Origin: Phaeosaccion multiseriatum
Taxonomy: Eukaryota; Protista; Ochrophyta, other classes
Direction: 5' to 3'
Length of the DNA stretch: 64,000 nt
NCBI GenBank assembly: GCA_965112735.1
Contig: OZ218950.1
Location: forward strand, 5,146,001-5,210,000
Shown here: piece after piece, positions 1 through 11,926 of the stretch
Layout: the number at the start of each line of letters is the position of its first letter
Numbering within the stretch: position 1 is the stretch's first letter
Translations under genes and position numbers: made by a program
The notes under the pieces: model-generated
What the model was told of the DNA's origin: nothing
Database searches by the model: none
Seen by the model: the letters and a program-made list of their open reading frames with translations, nothing else

Positions 1-1065
1 ATTACATCAATGAGAGAAAGCGGCTGCGGCACCGGAGCAAGGCCGAGAAGCTGGCGGAGCTCAAGTACGGAGCGCAGCCCTCTCCAGCGGCTTTGAGGAA
101 GAGAGGACGGGGCGGTGGAGGGGGTGGAGACGCGTGGAGAAGACAAGAAATTTTGACGGTGCCCACCCCACAGCAGCTCCCATATTTACTCAAGAAGAAG
201 GGTATGGCTCGCTGGTGCGGCCTTCCAGAGAACTCTGGAAAGGTGCTCATGGGACTTGATGTGGGCGAAACTAAGTGAGTGCAGCAGCAGACAAGACGCC
301 CTTTGAGTAATTTCGCGGAGCCCGTGGCATTGTCGAAGCCTTCGCTACCGATGTTCCTCTTTGGTCATTCATTCATCGTATCTCAAAGAGAAACTTGCCC
401 GCCCTACAGGTTTGGAGTGGCCCTGACGGACTCTACGCGAACAGAAGTCATTCCCCTGGACCTTATCCTCCGCCGCGACAGGAAGCATAAGACAGGTATG
501 TGTCGTTTTTCCAGAGATGGGGGAGAGATGGGAAAGGCCTTGCGCTCACATTGTACGCGCTGAACCCCTCTGGCGGCAGTCCCCAAGGAGGCTGTCTCTC
601 GCAAGCTCATGGACGCCATCGAAGACAATCACGTGTGCGGCTTAGTGGTGGGCTGGCCCGTGGAGAAGAATGGTGACCCGGGGACGCAATGCATCAAGGT
701 AGGAACCTGTTCATGCGGGTTGAGGTACCGGCTCGTGGTCCGGATTGACGAACCGATGGGGTCTTACTTGCCCTTCTTGCTGCTGCTGCCCCTGCTGCTT
801 CCCCTGCACATCCTTCGCGGCAAACCTGTGGTCTTGATAGGTACTGAACTTTCTTGCCGAGATGCAGACAGTGGAGAAGCTTCCCGTACCCGTGCTTCTC
901 ATGAACGAGACAGACTCCACCATTCTGGCCAATGAGAAGATTGCAGAGCTCAAGCTCACGCGATGGCAAGACGAGATGGAGGACAAGGTGGCTGCGGCCA
1001 TTATTCTCGAGTACTTTTTGTTCTCAGAGGACGCCATGCTGTACGGGGTGTCAGAGAGGGCGTGA
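1..1065 (+). CDS. yqgF: YqgF/RuvX family (pre-16S rRNA nuclease / resolvase-like) protein, 5' end outside window, 4 visible exons
   Basis: Spliced motifs LMGLDVGETK|FGVALTD, GLVVGWP, LMNETDST and EDKVAAAIILEY match the YqgF RNase-H-fold signature. GT-AG introns at about 275-409, 496-579 and 699-840. Confidence 0.85.
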
Positions 1066-1157
1066 GTGAGAGTGCTACTGCTGCCCGAGGGGAAGGACAC
1101 ACGCCTCACTTTCGATGAATGAAATTCTGTTGAGCAAGTGATTCGATTTTCCCGACT

Positions 1158-3704
1158 TCAGCGGCGGTCCAGGATCCTACTCATAGGCCCGAGGAAGGCC
1201 TCGTATCTCTTCCAGCGCCCCATGGCCTTGGCGTTGACCTTGCTTCTTGTCTCCACCGCACTGTTGGAGCTGACTGCCCCGAGCACAGGCGAGCGGCTGC
1301 TCTGCTCAGGCGACATGCACTCTTCCGCCCAGGGGAGGCCCAGGAACTCCAGCAGCTCAGCCGTGACCTCTCTCTGATCCCCTCCCACCAAGCGCTCGTA
1401 GCGGATCTTGAGCACGGGCAGCCCCAGCACTTCTTCCCAGTGCTGCATGAGGTCTTCCCACAGGAGATAGTGCTTGGCGATTGCTTCCTGGTCGCAGGAG
1501 AAGGCGAGTTGGGGAGAGGCGAAGGAGCGCAGAAGGACGGACAGGCAGGCATCCATAGCGTCTCTCTCGACGAAGACGAGCTTTGCGCTGGGGAGCAGCT
1601 TGGGCACCAGCCAGGCGGACAGAATGTCCAAATTGGAGTTGCTGACCACGTGCGACACCTCCTTTTCGGTCACGTTTTGGCGCAGGAAGGTCACCAGTTC
1701 CTCGGCGAAATAGTCCACCGTGGGTTGGTCCAGCCGCGTCTGCAGGTACTCCAACACTGAGAACGTCGGGGAAGGAGGTAACAAGTTGGTTCGTGGCAGT
1801 GCATAAGCGAGGACAAATGAACTGTGGGAGTGCAGAAGACGCCAGACACGCACCCACCTGGAAGGCCGTGTTGCTTGACGCCAAGGGTCTTGATGCGGCC
1901 GGCGATCTCCTGCAGCATGCTTCGCTCTCCGTTGGAGTGCACAAGAGGGTGCCTAGAGAGGATCTGCAACAGAAGGAAGGACGTCCGGCGAACCAGCGGA
2001 TGGATACGTGAGGGGTTCGTTTGAAGGATACGTGTCTGCTGAGCTTCGAGTGCCTTCAATACCTGGTCCACGAGAGTCGTTCCCGACCTGGGATAGCCCA
2101 CGGCAAACACGGGCACGAAGGGGCGGTCTGCGGCGTGCTGTGACTTGTCTCCTCCGCGGTGCGTCACTGGAGTTGTGGCGACGGGCAGCTGCTCCAGGAA
2201 GGCGGCATTGAAGCTCAGCTGGGGGAGGAGGAGGGTACAAAGTGCCGCGGGAGCGGGATGAGGAGCCGTTTTTGGTAGATTCATCCTTGTATGTCGAGCA
2301 GCAGCTCACCTTGCTCATCTCCACGTGCCCAGTGTAAGATCTCATAAAGGCGGGCAGATCCACCTTCTTGCGAGCCTTCTCGTTCATTATCTGTGCAGGG
2401 GTTGGACAGTAAAGAAAGTTAGAGCGCTTGCTTACATCTCATTTTCTCCATCCTATGACTCCCCCTTGTCCTGAATCTTGTGACTGATTGATTACTGTAC
2501 CTGTGCCGCGTGAAAGGCCTCCTCTGTCAGCTCCATCTCGTCGAGAAGCCGCACAAGGCCAGCGTAGAAAGTGGCGGCCTCAGGCCCGAGGATGTCTTCG
2601 GGGGGAGGGGGCTTCGCTAGAAAGGCGCGGACCAGGGGGAGCGCCTGTGGAAGTGTTTCCATTCAATGGGAAGTATCACCTTGTTTAGGAAAGCCGGGGC
2701 TGGAGGGGTAGTAGAGAATCCACTGAACTGAACCTGGTCTTGAAGGCCCAGGGTCGATGCATGTCTGGAGAGAAGGTAGAGAAAGTGCATGTCGTGGGCT
2801 GTGTATGGTGCTGCATGCGCGAGTCCCACGCTCAAGGCAGAGTCCACAAGGTCCTGCGAAGGCGCGTGACAGCATCAACAGCACGGGGTTGGGCACGGAC
2901 GTCACCAGAAGGTAAGCCAGGCAGTTAGTGGAGCCCTTGCTTGTGCATGGAGTCCTCACCTTGACGCGTGGCATTTGCGCTTCGTCGTCCGCCAAATCCA
3001 GCACGTCCAAGGTTACGCTTAGGACCTGTACGGCACGGCGAGATAAGAGTTCGTCCTGGATAGAGGTTGAGCATAGTCTCTTGACGTGCGCACCTGCTTG
3101 TTCAAAGGCTCCCTCCATAAAGCCTCGGCGATAACCTCGCTGCTTTGCTGCAACTGACCCCCCTCCAGGTAGAGAGCAGCTTTGTTGGCCAGGAGAGTCA
3201 CCTGCTCCTTCTCCGGGGCTCTCCTTTAGGGCAAGAAACGAGGCCGCGCGTTCAGCCAGGACGAGACAATAGATGTGGCTTCAAGGGCTTAGACAGCATT
3301 TACCCGATTGCGAGTTGGTAGAGCGTGATCGCTTCGTCGAGTCGGCCTTCCTGAGCAAAGTCAAAGGCCAACTCCTGCGCTTGCATCCACGACTTGATCT
3401 CCAAGGCATGCCGATGACCTCTTGGGGTTTTGGTCGTCTCCGATTGGTCCGACCTGGGGGAGCGCTCTCTCTGCTGCTGCTGCTGCTCACCAGCAAGAGC
3501 TTGGGGTGCTGGTTGGACCAGCTTTGAAAGGAGAACCCCTCCCGCTAAGGCAACCAAGCCGAGAGCGGACCACCGACACCAAGAAAAAGGGCCTCGGGGG
3601 GGCTGTTGCCTCTGCTCCTTCTCCCCCCTCTCGCCCTCCCTCCTTCTTACGCGCTTCTTGCCTTTGGCTTTACTACTAGCACTCCCTTCTTTGGTGTTCG
3701 TCAT
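1158..3704 (-). CDS. TPR-containing sulfotransferase (Sulfotransfer_3 type) with N-terminal type II membrane anchor, about 8 exons
   Basis: 5'-PSB VFAVGYPRSGTTLVDQ|ILSRHP, 3'-PB KLVFVERDAMDACLS, YERLV, FLGLPW. TPR-like GRLDEAITLYQLAI and LLANKAALYLEGGQ. TM segment WSALGLVALAGGVLL. Exons join in frame with GT-AG introns. Confidence 0.85.
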
Positions 3705-3819
3705 GCGGTACCCTTCGTATTCACCGTGCGCCAAGATCGATAGATCGCGCAGTGGATCCCCGTCGGAGAGGCCAACCGCCAGTTTCAGTTTCAGCTGGAG
3801 ATCATTTTTCCCCCATCCC

Positions 3820-3955
3820 CCACCCCTGACAACCTGATGCACTATCCGGGCCCCTGGGGGCCGGATAGCGCGCTATCGAGAATGTGGGCGATAGTGCGTC
3901 AGGGGTCGAGTGCACCTCAATACCTCAAAACGATTGTAGCGTGTCAGGGGTTGAG
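3820..3955. mobile_element. Degenerate copy of the TCGACCCCTGACA-TIR non-autonomous element
   Basis: 3864-3912 is the near reverse complement of 58383-58431. A second terminus-like copy TAGCGTGTCAGGGGTTGA lies at about 3937-3954. Confidence 0.7.
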
Positions 3956-4278
3956 GGTGGGTGAGTGAGCGAGTGAGTGGAAGAGAAGGCATCACCTACC
4001 ACAGGACCAGAGTCACAGACAAGTAAGCTCTGCACCACCTTTCCAGTTTGGCAGCTAACCTCTTACGGTCGGTGCCAGTGGTCGGGTGTTGCCTACACGT
4101 GGGCCACTGGCATTCGTAATAAGTGGGTGATTGAGTGAGAGAGGGAGGAGCGAGGGAGGGCGCCCTCCTTCCTTCCCTACATCGCCACCTCCCTCTCTCG
4201 CTCCCTCACTCACTCACGCATCTCGCTTCCTTCGTTGCTTCATGAGACAGCAATGAGAAACAAGTGAGTGCTCGTTCC

Positions 4279-5943
4279 TTATGTCTTTAGCGGTTTCTTT
4301 TTCCTCCTCTCAGCCAGCTTGTCCTTGGCCGCTTGCGCCTTGGCCCCGTAGTTCTTGTCCTTCTGCTGCTGCGCCAGAGTCATGGCCACCACCTGGATCA
4401 CGTCCTCGTCCATCATAACGTGCGTTAGGCCCACTCGCTGCGGAGAGTGCTTGGTGCTCCGGCCCCACACCAGGGCGTAGTTGAAGGCGCTGAGCATCTC
4501 CTTGCTCACGTGCTCGCAAGCCGCCTTGACAGTAAGGCCACTCCTCTCCGTGGACAGCACCACCGGCTCCTCGAAGCTTGGCGGGGCGCCCTTCTTCTTT
4601 GTGAATATCCGCACTAGCCCCATGTAGTCCCACATCTTGGCGAGTAGTCTGTCAAGGTTTAGCTTCATGTGCACGCTGACTACGGTGCTATCCGGCTCTC
4701 TAGCCAGCTTGTCCATATCCTCCACCGTAATCATATCCACCTTGTTGTACACATAGAGGCACCGAATATACTTGCGATTGCCCTGGATCACGTCCACGAG
4801 CTCGTCGCTGTCAATGTCCTCTCGGATGAGTAGCTCGCAGTTGTGCACCTTGTACTCCTGCAGGACCCTCTTGACGGTGTTGGCCGGGTCATCCCCCAGT
4901 TTGGTCAGGGGGATACTGGAATTGAACTTGACCCCACCGGCCATCTTTTTCACAAAGGTCACATTCGGTGGCCGCTTGTTGAGCCGAAGGCCAACTGTCT
5001 CTAACTCTCGCTCTAAGATGGCCCGGTGGTTGTTCTTGCTGCCCTCCTTGGCCGCATCCAGCACCATGAGAATGAGGTCGGAGGACCTTGCCACCGCGAT
5101 TACTTCCCTCCCCCGCCCCTTGCCATATGCAGCTCCTTCGATGATTCCGGGTAAATCCAGCAGCTGGATGCGCGTGTCATTGTACAAAATATTTCCAGGG
5201 ATACCTGTGTGTGTGGGAGGGAGGGGTGCGGGGCTCTGAGTCAAACACCGATTCGACGCTGCTGTGAGTCCATTCATGAGCCATGTACGCGCCTCGCAGA
5301 GGGCCCGAGGATGAACATACATGTGAGGGTTGTGAATTCGTAGCCCGCTGCTGTGGACTCTGTTTCCGTGAGCTCCGAGAGAAGCGTGGACTTGCCCACC
5401 GAGGGAAAGCCAATCATCGCCACTCGACCGTCGCCGCTCCGTGACACCGCAAACCCCTGTAGGTAGGGATTAAAGTGCAGAGCCGTGGAAGACACATGAG
5501 CACTTGCCACTTCCAGAACAACCAAAGGAGCAACTCCATCTCTACTCCCAAGCTCTCCGAGTCGGAGGACGACGATCGTTCTGTTCGCCCCCCCCTCGCA
5601 CAACAAAACCCCGCTAAAAGCCTTTCGGCGCTCACTTATGTTGAGTAACAACTAGCCAATCTCCCTTCCCCCCTGCGGTCCACGCACCTCTCCGCCCCCT
5701 CCGCCCCCTGACGGAGCTACAAGCAACTCGTTTCTGAGCTTGGCTAAGCGGGCCTTGAGCATGCCCAGATGACCCTCTGTGGCCTTGTTCTTTTGCGTCC
5801 TGCATCCAGCAGAGCAATAGAGTGTTGACAGGAGAGGGAGGGTTATCAGCGCCGTGTATATGACTCCCCTTGCCCTTGAGCTGAGAAAATCCTTACCTCG
5901 ACATCTCCGTCTCAATCTCCTTGATGCGCTCGAGGATCCCCAT
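4279..5943 (-). CDS. DRG2: Developmentally regulated GTP-binding protein 2 (OBG-family GTPase, TGS domain), 4 exons
   Basis: [16 protein letters not shown]|[68 protein letters not shown]. Confidence 0.95.
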
Positions 5944-6327
5944 CCTGGCCGCCACGAATTGAAAGCAGCGGAGGGCCTACAATGAGGATCTGTCGTGAGA
6001 GAGGATATGGTGGATCTGATCTGTCCTGAGGAAGAGGCTCCTTCGGCATAAGAGTAATCAATTTGTAGGCATACGGGCCCTCCCTTGGTTGGCCTGTCAA
6101 TCACAGGCCGACCCTCTCCGCAAAAAAAATAGGCCCCTCCCTCGCACTTGCGGCTTCGGGAGGTCAAGAGAGGTCTTGCTCTTGACCTCTTCTCGCCCAC
6201 CTACTTTGAGCATACAACCGAATAAAAGAGAGCTGAAAAAGTCACCGCCGTGGGGAGGGTGTTGGGGAGGAGGGCCAAAAGGGAGGGGAGGTGATCGCCG
6301 GTTAGGCCCTGACCCGCCGCAGCAGAA

Positions 6328-8133
6328 ATGGCCACTATGGACCCATTCAAAGCGGCCCAGCAGGCGGACCCGAAGGCGATAAAGGCGTACCTGTCTGCAG
6401 GAGGCTCCATCCTCGTCGGGGACCCCGAGTACGGAGCATTTCCTATCCACTGGGCTTGCCTGAGGAGCCGCTTGGAGACAGTTAAGCTGCTTCTGGAGGT
6501 GGGAGGGGCGAAGACGCTGGAAGCTCGGACCTTTACCGAGGGAACGCCTCTTGTGTGGGCGTGCATGGGCGGCGATGGAGATGATGCCAAGGACATCAGC
6601 AGAAGCAGCAGAAGCAGGAACAATCGGGGGGTGGTTGACTACCTGCTCTGGGCTGGCGCGAATCATGCAGCGACTACCAAAGGAGGAGGGACTGCGCTTC
6701 ATCACGCGGCCTCTTACGGTCACCCTGGGGCGGTGGCGTCCCTTCTGCAAGCAGGGGCGGACTGCTTCGCCCTCGACTGTCGTGGAGACGGACCAGGGGA
6801 CTACTTTGACGAATCGGTGGGGACGAGCACCAAAGCACACATAATAGGCATGATTGAAGAGGCTCAGCAGGAGCAGCAGGCCACGCGTGATTGGCTGCGA
6901 GGTAGAGGACCCGTGCCCGTGCTGCCGGGAGGGAAGAAGGGGGGGGTGCCGGAGATGACGGGGGAGAGGGGAGGGGGCTCTTCGTCGACACTCAGTTCCT
7001 TGGCCTCCTCGTCTTCCAGTGCTCCAGCAGCAGTATCAACAGCAGGCGATGGCCAGGAGCAAACGCAGCAGCAACAAGGGCGTAGGAGGACTTTCGGTCA
7101 AGGGACGGCGGGGACAGATGCGGCCGATGGTTTGCTCGCGTCTCTGTCTCTGTCCGGCCGTAATCCCTTCAACCCCGTCAGAGCTTCCAATCCCTTCGTT
7201 GTCCCCGAGGGGGGGGATCGTGCAGGCAGCCCCAGCAGCAGCCTCGGCAGCAGTGTAGAGAGCGTGGTGGGAAGCTCAATGAGAGGAGGTGCGGGGGGGG
7301 GGCGCCTCTGTGGAAGGAGTGGTCCGGACGGCGGGACTAGTGTGTGCACTACACCCCCGGCTTCTGTCACTCCCGACAACTCTTCCGAATGCTCCCCACA
7401 ACCAGGCCCCAAGCTTGCAGAGAGGATGAAGGCGGTAGACACAGAGCAAGAGGGTGGTCTACCCGCGGCAAAAGAGCAAGAGCCAGGACATGGTGTGGAT
7501 TTGGGGAACATGTGGAAGGCCTCGGAGGAACAGGACGAGGCCACGCGCCAAGCCCTACACTCCGTGCGGGAGAAGGACGAGGCCATAGCTGCTTTGCAGG
7601 CGGACAGGGAGGGCGCTCTGGACAAGCTGTTCTCCCACTGGGGCAGCTCTGAAGCGGCACTGCGCCACCTGGTGCAGGGAATGGCCACGCGCTGCGAGAT
7701 GCTGCAGAGCGAGCTGTCGGCCAGGAACAGGCAAGTCGCGCATCTGAAGGAGAGGCTTGCAGTGTTTGAGGCACGCACGGATGAGGAGGAGGGGGAGGAG
7801 GGCGAGGAGGAGGCCTTACCGTGGCTCGGTGATGCTGGTGGTGGTGCCTGCGGTGAGGCGAGGAAAGGAGCACGAGGAGAGCCCGACGATTGCCCATCAA
7901 AGAGTTGGCAGCGCAGCGAAGGGGGTCTTTGGCCCCTGCAGGATACAGACGACCCGAGAGGGGACGTGGAGGGATGTGGAGAAGACGTGCCGCAGCAGGA
8001 GGGGCAGCTTCAGCGCCAGCATGCAGGAAGTGGTCAAGAGAGGCAGCAAGAGGGGCAGGACCAGGGGAAGCATACGGGAAGTGGCCTAGAGAGCCTGCCC
8101 ATGTTTTACCAAATGCTGGCCAAGTCGAGATGA
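6328..8133 (+). CDS. Ankyrin-repeat protein with low-complexity linker and coiled coil (601 aa, single exon)
   Basis: FPIHWACLRSRLETVKLLLE, GTPLVWAC, GTALHHAASYGHPGAVASLLQAGAD. Two NPF motifs and a C-terminal coiled coil. Confidence 0.85.
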   Translation: MATMDPFKAAQQADPKAIKAYLSAGGSILVGDPEYGAFPIHWACLRSRLETVKLLLEVGGAKTLEARTFTEGTPLVWACMGGDGDDAKDISRSSRSRNNRGVVDYLLWAGANHAATTKGGGTALHHAASYGHPGAVASLLQAGADCFALDCRGDGPGDYFDESVGTSTKAHIIGMIEEAQQEQQATRDWLRGRGPVPVLPGGKKGGVPEMTGERGGGSSSTLSSLASSSSSAPAAVSTAGDGQEQTQQQQGRRRTFGQGTAGTDAADGLLASLSLSGRNPFNPVRASNPFVVPEGGDRAGSPSSSLGSSVESVVGSSMRGGAGGGRLCGRSGPDGGTSVCTTPPASVTPDNSSECSPQPGPKLAERMKAVDTEQEGGLPAAKEQEPGHGVDLGNMWKASEEQDEATRQALHSVREKDEAIAALQADREGALDKLFSHWGSSEAALRHLVQGMATRCEMLQSELSARNRQVAHLKERLAVFEARTDEEEGEEGEEEALPWLGDAGGGACGEARKGARGEPDDCPSKSWQRSEGGLWPLQDTDDPRGDVEGCGEDVPQQEGQLQRQHAGSGQERQQEGQDQGKHTGSGLESLPMFYQMLAKSR

Positions 8134-8143
8134 AAGAAGCTCG

Positions 8144-8397
8144 TTTTCACCGCCTTCGCTTCGCCCCATGGGAATGAGTTCTGAGCTGCTCACAGGAGGC
8201 GTAGTAGGTTATGGACATACATGCATGCATACACACACGCAAGTGTGATGGTTTTTTGGACGTACACACTTTTCCCCGCCTTCGCCCTTTGGGATTAGTT
8301 TCTGAGCTCAAGCACTAAGGGTAGTAAGCAAGGTTATCGTAGACCAATAGGTACATATATATATATACAATACAGACACACGCAAGTGTGATGGTTT
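8144..8397 (+). repeat. Degenerate two-unit tandem duplication (about 125 bp period) in 3' UTR
   Basis: CCGCCTTCGC...TTCTGAGCT...GTAGTA...ACACACGCAAGTGTGATGGTTT occurs twice. Confidence 0.75.
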
Positions 8398-8965
8398 ATT
8401 AATTTTAAAATTAATAATCGCACACGAATGTAACTTTGAGACACCCGCGAGGGATGTTACCCGAACTCTCTACGTAGAGTAAGTAGTGCCTTGAAGGGGA
8501 CGTTAACACGGCCTGTACGCGGCACGTGGCTTGAGCGAGGGCCTGAGAGGAGGAGGCTGAGGCTCCCTCGTCCTTGCACCTCTCCGTGTTCGTGCCTTCC
8601 GTCGCCTACGCTAACTTCCCATCGATGGAGCCAAACCTGCCTGCGGCTCGCCTGGGCGTACTTCCTTCTTTCTGCCTGTGTGTAAAGCATGGCTGCCAAT
8701 CGAAAGGGGGGAATCAAATTCCCGCGCTGGTGGTTCACAGGGTATTGCGGTGTGTGGGGCGTATCCATCGAAGGCTGTGTCGCTCCCTCAGACCGTCCTC
8801 TGCGCCACTGCCCACAAGACGTGCACGCCCCCCCTGGGTATGTACCCCCCTCTAACCTGACCTCGAGGTCTGAGCTCTTGCGCACCCGGTCTGTAGCGAA
8901 GGGCTGAACGGGGGTGTGCTTGGCGGGAGGCCCATGCGGGTGCCTCCCAAAGTGATTCACAAAGC

Positions 8966-9855
8966 TTACTCCTCGCTCGTCTCGTCGCCTTTCGCATCCG
9001 ACGCGTTCTTCTCCTCCAGTTGCTGCTCCAGCACCTTGACATAGCCAGCCGGATCGTTCTTCATGTATGCCTCACGTTGCACACTCATGCTGGCCTCCTT
9101 CAGGGCAGCTTTGATTTTGTCCGTCATGAGCGCTTCGTCGTACTGCACGTTCCACGCCTCCGTGTTCATTCCGAGCTTGAGCTGGTCACAAAACGGTTCA
9201 GTGAGGGGGGTGCAATGCGAGCACACGACGTTTTCTTTCTTCCTCTCACCTTGACTCCTGGACCGACTGGATACGAGCAGCAAGAAAGCACAAAGCCCTT
9301 TTGCTTCGCTTCCTGTGAGCGCGAGAGGCGGTGCGACGAAGAACAAGCACGTCAAGAGGGGGCTCTGGTGGCAATTCACACAACGTGGGGCCTAGCGTAC
9401 CTCGCAAAGGAAGGTATCCGAGCTCCTTTCCCCATTACGTTGCTTCAAGTACGACACCAAGTTATCCGTTGACCCTGTGTCTGGAAGCGGAGACGAAAGA
9501 CGGGGAGTGAGTGTCTCCATCTCGATCTCATGATATTTTGGGGCTTACCAAGCTGCGCCGAGCACGTCAAGCAATTCCCGCGAAGGCACTCGTGAGGAGG
9601 CCTTATGCCACTCGCCTCCGCCGCCACCAAGATGGAGTCTCCCGGCTGCACGGTGATTTTCTTCTTCTCCCCCCACATGTCCACCTCCACATCCCAAGCC
9701 ATCATGTCCCCAAAGCCTGGCGTGTGTTGACAAAGTGAGGTGCCAACCCTCCTCCCACCCGCAGCATGTCCCGGCGTTGAGAGTGCGACAAAAGCGGCTC
9801 CTTGGACCACCATGCAAAGGAGACCTGCGCAAACCAAGGCCACCCTCGCTCCCAT
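8966..9855 (-). CDS. Plastid-targeted plant-type [2Fe-2S] ferredoxin with C-terminal extension (FdC-like), 4 exons
   Basis: Signal peptide ending VQGAA-FVAL. CLRGNCLTC ... GFVLSCCSYP cluster ligands. About 65-aa helical C-terminal extension. Confidence 0.85.
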
Positions 9856-10361
9856 CCTGTTATGCTTCAATCTTCGGGCGCAAATAGCTTAAGGTTAAGA
9901 AACATGAATAGATGGTTCTGTAAGGAGTATTGCAGCAGCTGGAGGGAGAAGAGAGAGGGAAAGAGGAAGAAGGGGGTGAGAGGGGGGGGGGGAAGGGGAA
10001 GACATCCAGAGGAATCCTTAGAAACTGAAACTGAAAATGATGCGGGTGTTGCCCCTCCGCGCAAAGGGCGTGAGGAGGGACAGGCTGGCCGCCCAAGAAG
10101 GTGGGCTACCTTCCTTCCTTTGGCAAAATGACACAGCTGACGAATTCTTTTCTTTTCTTTTGGGGGGCGAGACTCTACACACATTGGGTGGGACCTGGCG
10201 CGTTCTCTCTGCCTACTGTCGTGGCTCGACCGTCTCCTCTATTTCCTCTCTTACCACCGGAACTATATCACATCTCGCACGCCTTCCACCAGTCGCCTGC
10301 CCGAGCCTTAAACGTTTCGCGTCGTGCTCCCTCTCTGTGCCTACACCACAAATCTCACACA

Positions 10362-11616
10362 TCAAGGGCCAAACGGCAGCTGGTCCCCGGGCAAGTACTC
10401 CTTCTTCACCCCAGTCTTGTCGATCACCACCGTCCGAATGACGCCTCCCGAGGAGCCGTCCCGAGCCATAGCGTGCGAAATGGCCTTCTTGACGAAGTCC
10501 GTGGCCTCTTCCCTGCCCATACCTTCCTTGTACGTCGCGTCTACATGGCCGTAAATGTACGTGGAGCCGCTGCCGCCCAGAGCAAAGTGCTGCTTCATCA
10601 GGGTCCCTCCCAGGGGGATCTCGTATACCTGGCCGCCCTCCACTGGGTCCCAGCCCGCAATGATCATGCCTGCCAGCATGGAGTCCTTGTAGTTGTAGCA
10701 CAACCGACGCGCCAAGTTGGCTGCTGTCTTCACCAAGGGCATACGGCCCAGCTCAGCACTGTGGGAGCCATGTACAGGGACGAAAGCGGGGACGGGAGCA
10801 AGGCCAAAACAGAAGCAGGGGTGAGGGATTGAAGAAGAACAAAATTGTGCTTCGCTGAGCGAGGACGAGACATCCCCCCCTCAATTCAAACGTATCCTCT
10901 ACGCCCGTGTGATGCTCCAGCTTCCCACCCTTCTTTGGTTGGAAGGAAGGAAGAAGCTTGGCGTCGCTGTTTCTGGACAAGCTTCTTTGGAAAGAAGTAA
11001 AGAAGGAAGAGTGGCGGCAGAGCCAGCACTGCATACCCACAACCCACATATGTGCCCCATCCATATCGCCCGCTCCACAGTTGAGACTGACCTGTGGGAC
11101 GCTAAGAAGTACCGAACGTAATCTGAGATTGCCTGTGTGTCAGCAGCAGAGCCGGAGCGGCACGCGTAAATGTGGTCGTGCAAGGCCGTAATCTTATCGC
11201 TCACTCTGTTCGCCACATATGTTCCTGTGGATGTCCGTGAATCCGCCCCCATGATCACCCCCCCCTCAAATGTACATGCCATGATTGTGGTCTGTGCGGG
11301 GAGTGTTGATGCAGGGGCGGGGTGAGGGGACAGGGGCGAGGACACGGGCGAAAAGGGGCAGGAATAAGTCACATGGCAGCCTCTCCGGAGCATCATTAAC
11401 GAGAATTGAATCCATCCAGGACCCTCCACTGCAGCGGAGGGGTGCAAGCGGGGGGCAGCGTGAAAGAAGGGTGTTCTGCGATGTTCTTCGCCTGCCACTT
11501 TCCCCACATTTCAGGTACACAAGCTCCTTTCAGCCCACCACTACAGCCTGACTCACCCCTGTAGAGATCTCTCCAGGCTTGAGCCCGGACATCTCCATTG
11601 GCAGTCCAACCTCCAT
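10362..11616 (-). CDS. PSMB6: 20S proteasome subunit beta-1 (PSMB6/Pre3), 3 exons
   Basis: GEISTG|[53 protein letters not shown]. Confidence 0.96.
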
Positions 11617-11926
11617 GGCTACCGAGCTCTTACAGCCTTGTGGGAAGGCGGTGATACGGGTTAGGGTCTGGGGGTTTCTGCTGCTGCTGCCTCTGGTTCT
11701 TCTACTGCTACTGCTCCTGCGGATGCTGTTGCTGCTACTGCTGCTGCTGTTGCTGACTGGAGCACTGCCCTACGGCTATTCTCTGAGCTTGCTTTGTTTT
11801 GATGAATAAGGTGTCTGGGCGTTGGCGTCCCGGGGGGTGTTAGGGTGTTGGTTGTCCACTTTACTTTTAGGGGAGGGAGAGAAGCTGACCCCGCTGCTTG
11901 CAAAGCTTGCATGCTTGCTCTCTTCC

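Noticed and set aside
8457-8960. ORFs between the ankyrin and ferredoxin genes
   Set aside because: No recognisable motifs; most likely convergent 3' UTRs.
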